From assembly GCA_963763775.1 (NCBI GenBank), contig CAVXPZ010000001.1, positions 1,344,001 to 1,408,000 on the forward strand: a stretch of DNA of 64,000 bases, read 5' to 3'. Under the pieces are notes generated by a model. The model was not told where the DNA came from, ran no database searches, and saw only the letters and a list, made by a program, of their open reading frames with translations. Below are positions 32,271 through 44,796 of this stretch, in pieces; positions within the stretch are counted from its first letter, which is position 1, and every line of letters begins with the position of its first letter. The translations under genes and the position numbers were made by a program. This DNA is from an uncultured Chloroflexia bacterium. Its GTDB lineage: Bacteria; Chloroflexota; Limnocylindria; Limnocylindrales; CSP1-4.

Positions 32271-32768
32271 ATGGATCCCACCGCGCCCGGCTATCCCGGG
32301 TATCCCGGCTACGCCGGCAACGGGCCGGCGTTGACGCGACCGTTCGGGGCGGTGCTGCTCGCCACGGACCTCTCGCCGACATCAGGCCCGGCCGAGGAGG
32401 AGGCCATGCGGCTCGCGGCACGTCTGCACGCCCGCCTGCTCGCGGTGAGCGTCATCGACCCCGGCACCCTCCGGCTGCCCGGCGGCCGATACGCGATCCG
32501 CGTCGACCAGGTCCGCGACGAACGCGAACAGGCCGCGCAGGTCCTCGTCGCGCGCGGCCACGACGTCGGCGTGTCGACCGAATTCCTGGTCTGGGAAGGC
32601 GATCCCGGCGAGGCGATCGTGGACGCCGCCCGGGCCGAGGGTGTCGATCTCATCGTGCTCGGCAGCCATGGTCGCCGCGGCGTGGGCCGCTCGTTCTTCG
32701 GGAGCGTGTCCGATCACGTGGTCCGGAACGCCCCGTGTCCTGTCGTGGTGGTGCGCGGCCCGTCCTGA
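32271..32768 (+). CDS. Universal stress protein
   Basis: VLLATDLS, GDPGEAIV, DLIVLGSHGRRG..FGSVSDHVVRNAPCPV. Confidence 0.92.
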   Translation: MDPTAPGYPGYPGYAGNGPALTRPFGAVLLATDLSPTSGPAEEEAMRLAARLHARLLAVSVIDPGTLRLPGGRYAIRVDQVRDEREQAAQVLVARGHDVGVSTEFLVWEGDPGEAIVDAARAEGVDLIVLGSHGRRGVGRSFFGSVSDHVVRNAPCPVVVVRGPS

Positions 32769-32782
32769 GGGCGGGATCCCGG

Positions 32783-34219
32783 TCAGGCCACCGTGTCGGC
32801 GAGGGCGTCGACGACGTCCGCGGCCAGGTGCTCGCCCGCGGTCGCGCGCATCAGCGCGAACGCCTGGTCGACCGGCATCGCGGCACGATACGGCCGGTCG
32901 GCGGTCATCGCCTCGAAGACGTCCGCGACGGCGACGATCCGCGCGCCGAGCGCCAGATCCGGCGCGGTGAGGCCCCGGAAGTAGCCGGTCCCGTCGAGGC
33001 GCTCGTGGTGGCAGGCCGCGAGCTCCGCGACGTGCGCGAAGGTGGGCACCGGCGCCAGGATCCGAAGGGTCAGTTCGGGATGGCGCCGGATCACCTCGAG
33101 CTCGGAAGCGTCGAGGCGACCCGGCTTGTCAAGGACCGTGTTGGGCACGCCAAGCTTGCCCAGGTCGTGGAGGAGCGCGGCACGTCGCACGTCGACCACC
33201 TCCGGCGCGGCGAGGCCGAGCCGGGCCGCGAGTCCCTCCGCGATGTCCGCGACCCGCTTCGAATGCGAGCCGGTGAACGGGCTCTTCGCGTCCACGATGT
33301 CGGCGAACGCCGAGGCGATGCGGTCGACGTCGGCGTCGTTCGACAGGCGGACGTCGCCGCCCGGCTCGAGCGTCATCGTCCGACCGATGAGGTCCGGCGC
33401 CGCCAGCTCGTCGAGCAGGCCGCGGGCGGACGCGTCGAGCAGGGCGTCGGCGATGTCGGGGTCGTACCAGGTGCCGAGTCGCTCCGCGAGGACCGCGAGG
33501 GCTCGCGGACGCCCCTGCGTCGAGAGGAAGACATCGAGGCCCTGGCACGCGGCGAGGATCCGCGAGAGGGGGTGGATCTCCGTCCCACGCAGGCCGCGCG
33601 GGTCGCCGCCGCCGTCCCAATGCTCGTGGAGGTCGAGGATCGCGCCGGCGACGCGATCGTCGAAGCCGGCCTTGCGGGCGATCGCCGCGCCGCGTTCGCA
33701 GCGGAGCTGCTCGATCTCACGGTGCTCGCGACGACCGCGGATCCCGAGCGCGATGAGCCGTCGCAGACGCCGCGGGAGCGGCTCCGTGGACGGGACGGTC
33801 CGGATCGAGAAGGCCGCATACGAGAGGATCGAGCGCTCGATGGTCGACTGGCGGGCCTTGGTCGCGATGTCGTCGGCGCCGAAGATCCGGGTGATCGCCG
33901 CGGCATTGGACGAGCAGCCGGCGTCCTTGAGGAAGGCCGCGAAGAACAGGGCGCCGCGATCCGCCGCATCGAGGCCGAGGTGGTCGGCGAGCCGCATCGC
34001 CAGGAAGCCGGTCCGCAGCGCGTGCCCGGGGAGTTGGCCCTCCGTCAGGTCGAGCGCGGTCGAGAGTGACGCGAGGAGGCGCGCGGTGGGGATGGCCTCG
34101 CGCTCGAGCACCCGCAGGTCCGCGCGTCGGGCGGCGACGAGCGAGCGGGCGAGCGGGGTGGCGGTGGTCGAGCCATCGAGGTACTGGATCGGCTCGACGC
34201 GAGCGGTGGCGAGGTCCAT
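32783..34219 (-). CDS. Tandem HD-GYP phosphodiesterase
   Basis: LKDAGC/HEHWDGGG first domain; HSKRV, LLHDLGK, HHERLDGTGY, ADVFEAMTADRPYR second domain. Confidence 0.88.
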   Translation of the reverse strand: MDLATARVEPIQYLDGSTTATPLARSLVAARRADLRVLEREAIPTARLLASLSTALDLTEGQLPGHALRTGFLAMRLADHLGLDAADRGALFFAAFLKDAGCSSNAAAITRIFGADDIATKARQSTIERSILSYAAFSIRTVPSTEPLPRRLRRLIALGIRGRREHREIEQLRCERGAAIARKAGFDDRVAGAILDLHEHWDGGGDPRGLRGTEIHPLSRILAACQGLDVFLSTQGRPRALAVLAERLGTWYDPDIADALLDASARGLLDELAAPDLIGRTMTLEPGGDVRLSNDADVDRIASAFADIVDAKSPFTGSHSKRVADIAEGLAARLGLAAPEVVDVRRAALLHDLGKLGVPNTVLDKPGRLDASELEVIRRHPELTLRILAPVPTFAHVAELAACHHERLDGTGYFRGLTAPDLALGARIVAVADVFEAMTADRPYRAAMPVDQAFALMRATAGEHLAADVVDALADTVA

Positions 34220-34310
34220 GGCCGGGCCATCGTCGCGACGCACCCGGGACCCGCCAAGCGGTCGGTGGTCAGGGCCTCGCGGCCCGGAGGTACCGCTCCC
34301 CCACCCCGCG

Positions 34311-35108
34311 CTACTTCGTGTAGACGCCGCCCGGGTCGAGCTCCTCGCGGATGAGGGCCAGCTCGGCGCCGGTCGGCGCCGGCGTCTCGGCGAGATCGCC
34401 GGAGACGGCCACGTCCCAGCCGATCGTCTGACGGACCTGCTCGACCGTCGCTCCAGGGTGGAGCGAGTCGAGTCGCATCTCGCCGGTGTCGCCGAAGTGG
34501 TAGATGCCGAGGTCCGTGACGACCACCGTCGGCCCGCGGCCCAGCCAGCCGCCCTCGCGCCGGATGCGTTCCGCCTGCTCGGCCCCGCCGAGGTTGCCCG
34601 GACTTGTCCGGAAGTCGATCTTCTCCACGAAGGAGCGGGATGACTGGCGCATGATCACGAAGACCTGGCGGGCGTTGATCGCGATCTCGCAGGCGCCGCC
34701 CGAACCCGGCAGTCGCGTCGTCGGGTGGTCGTACGGCCCGATGACCGTGGTGTTGATGTTGCCGAACCGGTCGATCTGCGCCGCCCCGAGGAACCCGACG
34801 TCGATGAGCCCGCGCTGGAGGTAGTACCCGAACAGCTCGAGCATGCTCACGACCGCGGTGGCCCCGGTCACGATGGTCGGATCGCCGATGGACAGCGGCA
34901 GCCGAGCCGGCCGCGCCCCGAAGACGCCAGCCTCGTAGACCAGCTCGAGGTCGGGCGCGACGGTCCGCTTCGCCAGGTTCACGGCGATGTTCGGCAGGCC
35001 CACCCCGACGAAGCAGACTCGTTGCCCGGCGAGTTCGCGCGCCGCCGCGACGATCATCATCTCGGACTTGCTGAAGGCGGCCGTGGCGGCCGCGCGCGGG
35101 TCGCTCAT
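34311..35108 (-). CDS. Family I CoA-transferase beta subunit (GctB/CatJ-like)
   Basis: FVGVGLP, YEAG, GFLGAAQIDRFGNINTT, RLPGSGGA. Confidence 0.88.
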   Translation of the reverse strand: MSDPRAAATAAFSKSEMMIVAAARELAGQRVCFVGVGLPNIAVNLAKRTVAPDLELVYEAGVFGARPARLPLSIGDPTIVTGATAVVSMLELFGYYLQRGLIDVGFLGAAQIDRFGNINTTVIGPYDHPTTRLPGSGGACEIAINARQVFVIMRQSSRSFVEKIDFRTSPGNLGGAEQAERIRREGGWLGRGPTVVVTDLGIYHFGDTGEMRLDSLHPGATVEQVRQTIGWDVAVSGDLAETPAPTGAELALIREELDPGGVYTK

Positions 35109-36032
35109 CGATAGTCGCCGTAGTCGACGATCCCCGAGGGCGCGCTGCCCGGCCGCAACGAGGCCACCCGCTCCGGCGCCGAGCTTGTCGAGGTAGGCCG
35201 TGCGGCCGTCGAGGTCGTAGACCCACTCGCGCAGCCACGACTGCGTCGCGGACTCGTCGCGCGTGATGGGATCCCAGTCGAGGTAGAAGCGGTTGTCGCG
35301 GTCGTACGCCCCCTGGACGTACGAGGGATGCGCGCCCCACGGCTCCACGACGACCGCGTCGACGATGAGCCCGGGGATGATCGTCCGGTTCGGGTCGGCT
35401 CGCACGATGGACTCGTCGACCAGCTCCTCGACGACGACGATGACGCGATCGGCCGCGAAGGCCGCCTCCTTCTGGCAGCCGAGCAGGCCCCAGACCTGCG
35501 TGTCGCCGCCCGCCGACGCCCGCTGGGCATGGACGATGGCGACGTCCGGCCGGAGCGGCGGGACCGCGTAGATGGTCTCGTCGCCGTACGGCGAGGAGAT
35601 CGGACGGATCAACGGGTTCGCGACGGGCAGGTCCGTCTCGAAGTAGCTCCGCAGCGGGAAGAACGGCAGGTTCATCGCTCCCGCCGTGTAGCGGCCGACC
35701 ATCCCGAAGTGGCTGTACTCCTCCACCTCGAGCGGCTGCTCGGGGATCTCGCCCTCGATGCGCCGCCGGATCGCGCCGAGGCCGCCGACACCCGGGTTGC
35801 CGAGCCACGAGAACACGAGCTTGCGGGCGACACCGGCCGCGATCATCTGGTCGTAGATCACGTCGGGCGTCAGCCGGGCGAGGGTCAACTCGCGCTTGCG
35901 CTGGCGGATGATCTCGTGCCCCGCAGCGAACGAGATGAGGTGCGTGAAACCCTCGATCGCGACGGTGTCGCCGTCACGCACGAGATCCGCGACGGCGTCG
36001 CGCATCGTGGCGACCTTGGAGACCGGACTCAC
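35105..36032 (-). CDS. Family I CoA-transferase alpha subunit (GctA/CatI-like), frameshift near 3' end
   Basis: DGDTVAIEGF, LPFFP, PDVAIVHAQRA, GAHPS; alternative frame ends DYGDYR* overlapping beta ATG. Confidence 0.88.
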
Positions 36033-36075
36033 AGGCCCTCCGTCGGCGATGTGGTGGCCAGGCGGGTCGCGCCGG

Positions 36076-37432
36076 CTAGCCGGCGGCCTCGACCTCGTGG
36101 AGCGCGCCGGCTTCGGCACGGACCTCCGGCTCGTGTCCGGCGACACGAGCGACGGCCTCGCCGAAGATCCGCAGCGCCGTGGTCATCTCGTCCTCGCTCA
36201 CCGTGAGGGCCGGCGACATGCGGACGCTCGTCCGACCGCATTCGAGCACGAGGAGCCCCAGCTCGAAGCAGGCCCACTGGACCTCCTCGGCATGGTCGGC
36301 CGTGTCGAACTCGATCCCGAGCATGAGGCCCTTGCCGCGCACGTCGGTGACGAGGGTCGGGAACGAGGCCGCCAGCGTCGCGAGGCCGGCCAGTGCCTGG
36401 TCGCCGCGACGCCGGGCGTTCTCGATCAACCCGCCCTCGAGCAGGTCGATCGTCGCGAGGGCGGCGGCACAGGCGACCGGGTTGCCACCGTAGGTGGAAC
36501 CGTGCGCGCCGGGGCCCCAGGTCTCGAGGAGCTCGGCTCGCGCGATCATCGCCCCGAGCGGCATGCCCGAGGCGATGCCCTTCGCCGTGAGCAGGATGTC
36601 CGGCTGGACGCCCCAGTGCTCGATGGCCCACATGCGGCCGGTCCGACCGGCGCCCGACTGGATCTCGTCGGCGATGAGGAGGATCCCGTGCTCGTCGCAG
36701 ATCCGGCGCAGGCCCTCGAGGAACCCGTCCTCCGGGACGATGTAGCCGCCCTCGCCCTGGATCGGCTCGACGATGATCGCGGCGACCTCGCTCGCCGGCG
36801 CCAGCTTCTCGAACAGGACCTCGTCGAACCAGCGCAGGTCCTCGACGCGGCCGTAGGGGGCGTGGAAGACGCCCGGGCAGCATCGGTCCGAACCCGGCGT
36901 GGTACTTGGCCTTCGACGCGGTCAGCGAGACGGCGCCGTACGTGCGGCCGTGGAACGCGCCGAGGAACGACACGACGTAGGGCCGCTTCGTGGCGAAGCG
37001 CGCCAGCTTGATCGACGCCTCCACGACCTCCGCGCCCGAGTTGCCGAGATACGCCCGGGCACGGTCGCTGAACGGCGCGAGGCGCGCGAGCTGCCGGCAG
37101 ACCTCCGGGTAGATGGGCAGGTAGAAGTCGCTCGCGCTGAAGTGGATCAGCTCGGCGGCCTGCTCCTTGATCGCGGCCACGACCTGCGGGTGCGAATGCC
37201 CGGTCGAGTTGACGGCGATGCCGGCGGCGAAGTCGAGGAAGAGGTTCCCGTCGATGTCCTCGACCGTCAGCCCGTCGCCGCGCACCGGGACGATCGGGTA
37301 GGCCCGAGGCAGGCTCGGCGAGGTCCAGGCCTCGTCGAACGCGACGTGCGCCCTGGCCTTGGGACCGGGCAGCTCCGTGACGATGTGCGGGACGGGACGG
37401 TCGCCGGCGAGCCGCGACGAGGCCGTGGCCAA
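36076..37432 (-). CDS. Class III aminotransferase, GabT/4-aminobutyrate-like, frameshifted
   Basis: LPGPKA, FLDFAAGIAVNSTGHSHP, NSGAE, FHGRT, AKGIASGMPL, HGSTYGGNP; shift near 36870. Confidence 0.88.
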
Positions 37433-37455
37433 GGGTCACCTCATGGTTGCACTGA

Positions 37456-37472
37456 TGCATAACGAGTATGCA
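37456..37472. promoter_or_regulatory. Inverted repeat, candidate operator
   Basis: TGCATA-ACGAG-TATGCA in an unusually AT-rich divergent intergenic region. Confidence 0.45.
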
Positions 37473-37585
37473 GACTGGATACGGGATGCCGAGTATATCC
37501 CACGCCTATGGACGCCGAATGGCGAGCCCTCGATAGTCCCAAGGGGTGGGTGCCGGTCCCCCTGCGCGCGCGTAGGGTGCGGGAC

Positions 37586-39682
37586 ATGTCGGCGACCGCC
37601 CAGCAGGATCTCGCGCCCGGGTCGCCCGATCGCGCCCGGCGCCGGCGGCACTCGGTGCCGCTCGCGTTCCGGCTCGGGATCGGGCTGGACCGCTCGATGT
37701 GGCCGCTCGATCGGGCGACAGCCGAGGTCCGCTGGGCCGCCCTGACGGTCGCGGTCATGTTCGCGATCGTGTTGCCCGCGTTCGTCCTCACGGGGCCGAC
37801 CGGTGGCTACGGCAACGCCATGCTCGTGACGGGGATCGCGTTCGCGATGCTCGCGGTCGTCGCCTGGCATCCGGCGGGCGCCCGGTTCGTGCAGCACTCG
37901 GCGGTCCGGCATGCCGTCGGACCCGTGGTGGTCCTCGTGGCCCTGGCGGCGGCGGGGCCATACGACCCGCAGACGATGGCCGCCCCGGTCGGTCGGCCGC
38001 TGATCATCCTCGGGCTCACCTACGCGGCCCTGACTCCGGGCTTCGCCCTGGCGGCGGGGATCGTGGCGCTGTCGTCCGTGATCCTCCTCGGCGAGCACGC
38101 CGCGGTCGCCGGCCATCCGCCGCTCGACGAGCACGCGGTCGACTTCCTCGTGCGCGTCTCGGTGACGTTCCTGACGGCCGCGGCGATGCACTACGTCGAC
38201 CGCGGACTGCGCCGCGAACGCCGCCGCGCCGAAGGGCTCGCCGCACGCAAGGTCGCCCGCGCCGACCAGCTGGAAGGCCTCCAGCGGATCGTCCGACGCT
38301 TCGACGGGTCGCGACCCGTCGCGGTCGTCATGCAGGACGTGGTCGATGACGTGTCGACGACCTTCGAGGTGCCCCTCGTCTCGGCGTACCTGCCCGACGA
38401 ATCCGGTCGGCTCTCGATGGTCGGCGTCGCGGGCTACGACAGCCCGTTCCACGTCATCCAGGTCGGCGTCGGGGTCATCGGCCGGGCCGCCGCCACGCAC
38501 GAGGCCATCTACGCCGCGGACGTGCTCGCCGACCCCGACTACCGGGCCGCGCGATCGGACGTCCGGAGCGAGTTCGCCGTCCCGGTGCTCCACGGCGATG
38601 AGTTGCTCGGGATCGTCAACCTCGAGGGCACCGACGCGAAGCCGATCACCCCGTCGCAGATCGCCGTCGCCGAGATGCTCGCCCGCTCCATGGCGGCGGC
38701 CCTGCGCTCGGCCCGTCTCGACGAGGAGCGGCGACAGCGGCTCCACGCCATCGAGCGGGTCCTCGACGTCAGTCGCGCGCTGGCCGCGGACCTCGACCGA
38801 TCGCGGATCGCCGCCGCGGTGACCGACGCGGCGCGAGACCTGCTCGATGCCGACGCCGTCGAGTTCGCGAGCCGCGGCACGGACGGCACGTTCCGGATCG
38901 AGCAGGTCGTCGGCGCGGCACCCGAGCGGATCGGGACCGAGGTCGTCGCCGGCGTCGGGCTGAGCGGGGCGGTCCTCGCCGGCAGCGAGCGCGTCGTCTG
39001 GGATGAGGGACGCGTGGGGCTGGGCCTGCCGATCCGGCTCGACGGGTCGTTGAGCGCGGTCCTGACCGCCACGCGCGACCGGCTCGACCGCCCGTTCGGC
39101 GAGCTGGAGCTCCGTATCGCCGACCTGCTGGTCACCCAGATCGAGGTGGCGATCCACAACGCCGACCTGCATGCCCGGGTCAGCGAGGCGGCCGTCCGCG
39201 ACCCGCTGACCGGCCTGCTCAACCGACGCTACTTCGACGAGGCCGTCGAGGTGGCCTTCGCGAGCGCGGGCCGCGACGCCACGGACCTGAGCCTGATCGT
39301 CCTGGACCTCGACCGCTTCAGCGAGGTCAACAACGCGCACGGTCACCCCGTCGGCGATGTCGTCCTCCGGCGCGCCGCGCGGGCCATGACCGACGCCGTG
39401 AGGACCGGCGACATCGTCGCGCGGTACGGCGGCGAGGAGTTCGTGATCATCGCCCCCGGCTCCTCGCGCGATGACGCCATGGCCCTCGCCGAGCGCGTCC
39501 GCGCGGCCGTCACAGCCGAGGCGGGCCGGCCGATCGATGGCGTCGTGATCCCGCTGACGATCTCGGCCGGCGTCGCGTCGCGACTCGGTGACGAAGCGGA
39601 CGGCCGGGCACTGTTCCGTGCGGCCGATTCCGCGCTCCTCGCGGCCAAGCGTGCCGGCCGCGACCGGGTGGTGAGCGTCTAG
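37586..39682 (+). CDS. Membrane diguanylate cyclase with two GAF domains
   Basis: TM region, GAF (GVIGRAA, RSEFAVPV), DPLTGLLNRR, RTGD I-site, RYGGEEF. Confidence 0.9.
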   Translation: MSATAQQDLAPGSPDRARRRRHSVPLAFRLGIGLDRSMWPLDRATAEVRWAALTVAVMFAIVLPAFVLTGPTGGYGNAMLVTGIAFAMLAVVAWHPAGARFVQHSAVRHAVGPVVVLVALAAAGPYDPQTMAAPVGRPLIILGLTYAALTPGFALAAGIVALSSVILLGEHAAVAGHPPLDEHAVDFLVRVSVTFLTAAAMHYVDRGLRRERRRAEGLAARKVARADQLEGLQRIVRRFDGSRPVAVVMQDVVDDVSTTFEVPLVSAYLPDESGRLSMVGVAGYDSPFHVIQVGVGVIGRAAATHEAIYAADVLADPDYRAARSDVRSEFAVPVLHGDELLGIVNLEGTDAKPITPSQIAVAEMLARSMAAALRSARLDEERRQRLHAIERVLDVSRALAADLDRSRIAAAVTDAARDLLDADAVEFASRGTDGTFRIEQVVGAAPERIGTEVVAGVGLSGAVLAGSERVVWDEGRVGLGLPIRLDGSLSAVLTATRDRLDRPFGELELRIADLLVTQIEVAIHNADLHARVSEAAVRDPLTGLLNRRYFDEAVEVAFASAGRDATDLSLIVLDLDRFSEVNNAHGHPVGDVVLRRAARAMTDAVRTGDIVARYGGEEFVIIAPGSSRDDAMALAERVRAAVTAEAGRPIDGVVIPLTISAGVASRLGDEADGRALFRAADSALLAAKRAGRDRVVSV

Positions 39683-39778
39683 CGGACCGTCCGCACGCAG
39701 GACGCCCGGGCATCGCCCAAGCCCGATCGGTCAGGAACCGAGAAGCGGCGGTCGGGGGTCCACGGGTAGAGTGGCCGC

Positions 39779-42166
<2,388 letters not shown>

Positions 42167-42250
42167 CCCGGTCGTCGTGGACGCGAGCCGAGGACGCCGC
42201 CTATGTGCCTGTACTGGCTGCGACCCGTGGTCTGTGGCACGCTGTCGCCG

Positions 42251-42700
42251 ATGACCAGCCCGGCCTCGTCCGATCAGCGGCTCCGTGACCTCGTGTGGCT
42301 GCGCCGCGTCCGTGACCGGATCGACCGCGAGTACGCCGAGCCCCTCGACGTGGAGGCGCTCGCCCGCGGCGCGCACATGTCGGCCGGCCACTTCAGCCGC
42401 GAGTTCAAGGCGGCGTACGGCGAGTCGCCGTATGGCTACCTGATGACGCGCCGCATCGAGCGCGCGATGGCGCTGCTGCGCCGTGGCGACCTCAGCGTCA
42501 CCGAGGTCTGCTTCATGGTCGGCTGCTCATCGCTTGGCACGTTCAGCACGCGCTTCACCGAGTTGGTGGGCGTGCCGCCGAGTGTCTACCGACGCGACGA
42601 GGCGCTCGCCACCGCGGGGATGCCCTCGTGCGTGGCGAAGCAGGTGACCAGACCGGTCAGGGATCGAGAAGCGCCGCTCCCTGAGCCGCAGCGAGTCTGA
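42251..42700 (+). CDS. AraC family HTH regulator
   Basis: RDRIDREYAEPL, MSAGHFSREF, SVTEVC..VG..SLGTFS. Confidence 0.9.
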   Translation: MTSPASSDQRLRDLVWLRRVRDRIDREYAEPLDVEALARGAHMSAGHFSREFKAAYGESPYGYLMTRRIERAMALLRRGDLSVTEVCFMVGCSSLGTFSTRFTELVGVPPSVYRRDEALATAGMPSCVAKQVTRPVRDREAPLPEPQRV

Positions 42701-42705
42701 CGGCC

Positions 42706-43116
42706 ATGGACATCACGATCCACATGAGCTTCCTGCCGCACGACGACCCGGACGCGTCGTTGGCCTTCTATCGCGACACCCTCGGCTTCGAGGTCCGCGA
42801 CGACGTCGGCTACGGCGGCATGCGCTGGATCACGGTCGGTCCCGCCGACCAGCCCGATACGGCCATCGTGCTGCAGCCGCCCTTCGCCGACCCCGGGATC
42901 ACCGAGGACGAGCGGCGCACGATCGCGGAGATGATGGCCAAGGGCAGCTACGCGCGCCTCGTCCTGGCCACGGCGAACGTGGACGACCTCTTCGAGCGGT
43001 TGGCGGCCAGCGGGGTCGAGATCGCCCAGGAGCCTGTCGACCAGGCGTACGGCGTCCGCGATTGTGCCGTCCGCGATCCCGCGGGCAACCTCATCCGCAT
43101 CCAGCAGCGTCGCTGA
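42706..43116 (+). CDS. VOC/glyoxalase family protein
   Basis: SLAFYRDTLGFEV, QEPVDQAYGVRDCAVRDPAGN. Confidence 0.9.
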   Translation: MDITIHMSFLPHDDPDASLAFYRDTLGFEVRDDVGYGGMRWITVGPADQPDTAIVLQPPFADPGITEDERRTIAEMMAKGSYARLVLATANVDDLFERLAASGVEIAQEPVDQAYGVRDCAVRDPAGNLIRIQQRR

Positions 43117-43159
43117 CGGATCCGGCGGCGGACGGGCACGCCGCCCGGCCCCGTCGGGG

Positions 43160-44740
43160 CTAGTCGACGACCGTGTGCGACTGCTCGCGCAGGAACTGCG
43201 CCACGTAGTACATCGACAGGCCGGCCTTGCCGGTCGAGCCGCTGCCCTTCCAGCCGCCGAACGCCTGGATGCCCGGCCACGCCCCGGTCGTCGCGCCGGC
43301 TCGGCGGTTCACGTACAGGACGCCGGCCTCGATGCGGTCGAAGAACCGCTCGATCTCCGCCTCGTTCTCCGAGTAGACGCCGGCTGTCAGGCCGTACACC
43401 GAGTCGTTGGCGAGCGAGATCGCCTCGTCGAGCGAGTCGACCGCGGCCACGGCGGTCAGCGGCGCGAACAGCTCGTCGCGGAACAGGCGGTGGTCGGCGG
43501 GCAGGCCGCCGACGACGGTCGGCTCGACGTAGAAGCCCCGAGCCAGGTCGCCGTCCGAGAGCCGCTCGCCGCCGATGAAGACCGTGCCGTCACGGCGCGC
43601 CTCGGCGACCGCGGCCTGGTGCCGCCCGACCGCGCGCTCGTCGATGATCGGTCCGAGCCAGTTCGCCCGGACGATGGGGTCGCCGATCGTGAGGGCCTCG
43701 GACTTCTCCACCAGGAGCCGGATCAGCTCATCGTGGACCGGGCGCTCGACGTAGACGCGCGAATTCGCGGAGCACTTCTGCCCGCCGAACCCGAACGCGG
43801 ACCGCATGATCCCCTCGGCGGCCTCGTCGAGATCGGCGTGCCGCGAGACGATCGCCGGGTTCTTGCCACCCATCTCGACGATGCACGGCCGTGGCCACGT
43901 CCGGCTGAACGAGTGGAAGAGCCGCATCCCGACCTCGTACGAGCCAGTGAACACGATCCCGTCGATGCCGGGGTGGTCCTGGAGCGCCTGGCCGACGGTC
44001 TCGCCGGGACCCATGACCATGTTCACGACGCCCGCCGGCACGCCGGCATCGATATAGGCCTGCATGAGGCCGACCGCCGACAACGGCGAGGCGGACGACG
44101 GCTTGAACACGACGGTATTCCCCGCGAGCATCGCCGCGCTCGAGGGTCCGGTCGACAGGGCCATCGGGAAGTTGAACGGACTGACCACCGCGAACACGCC
44201 GTGCGGCCGCAGGATCGATCGGGTATGGACGGCCGCGTCGCCGAGGTTGCCCATCGGGTGGTCGTAGAACGCGTTGTCCTCGGCCGTCTGGGCGTAGTAG
44301 CGGATGAGGTCGGCCGACTCCTCGACCTCGCCGAGGGCCTCGATGCGGTTCTTGCCGACCTCGAAGGCCATGACGGCCGACTCGTCCATCAACCGGTCGC
44401 TGATGAGCTCCGCGGCGCGGCGGAGGATCGCGACGCGCTCCGTCCACGGGGTCTTGGCCCATGCCGGCTGCGCCGCTCGCGCGGCGGCGACCGCCGCGTC
44501 GACGTCGGCGGCCGTGCCGCGGGCGAAGGTCCCGAGCACGACCGAGGTGTCGATCGGGGTGAGCACCTCGAACGTCCCGTCGCCGTCGCGCCACGCGCCG
44601 TCGACGTAGTTGCGGTGGTACGCCCCGAGACCCGCCCGGACGCGCTCCGCGGCCGCCTCGAAGCCGGCATGGAGCTCCTCGTTGTCGGCGCGCAGGGTCG
44701 CGTAGGTGATCTTGATGCGCGGGCTCGTCTCGGCGGTCAT
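43160..44740 (-). CDS. Aldehyde dehydrogenase, P5C-dehydrogenase-like
   Basis: SPFNFP, FKPSS, FTGSYEVG, EMGGKN, GQKCSA, ELFAP, FGGWKGSG. Confidence 0.88.
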   Translation of the reverse strand: MTAETSPRIKITYATLRADNEELHAGFEAAAERVRAGLGAYHRNYVDGAWRDGDGTFEVLTPIDTSVVLGTFARGTAADVDAAVAAARAAQPAWAKTPWTERVAILRRAAELISDRLMDESAVMAFEVGKNRIEALGEVEESADLIRYYAQTAEDNAFYDHPMGNLGDAAVHTRSILRPHGVFAVVSPFNFPMALSTGPSSAAMLAGNTVVFKPSSASPLSAVGLMQAYIDAGVPAGVVNMVMGPGETVGQALQDHPGIDGIVFTGSYEVGMRLFHSFSRTWPRPCIVEMGGKNPAIVSRHADLDEAAEGIMRSAFGFGGQKCSANSRVYVERPVHDELIRLLVEKSEALTIGDPIVRANWLGPIIDERAVGRHQAAVAEARRDGTVFIGGERLSDGDLARGFYVEPTVVGGLPADHRLFRDELFAPLTAVAAVDSLDEAISLANDSVYGLTAGVYSENEAEIERFFDRIEAGVLYVNRRAGATTGAWPGIQAFGGWKGSGSTGKAGLSMYYVAQFLREQSHTVVD

Positions 44741-44796
44741 CGTGCTGATCCCTCGTGTCGGCGCGCCGGGCGCGCTGGGCTGTCGGAAGGTTGCGG

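Noticed and set aside
34311-36146. Fused CoA-transferase alpha-beta
   Set aside because: ATGA overlap at 35105-35108 and a clean alternative-frame ending indicate two genes
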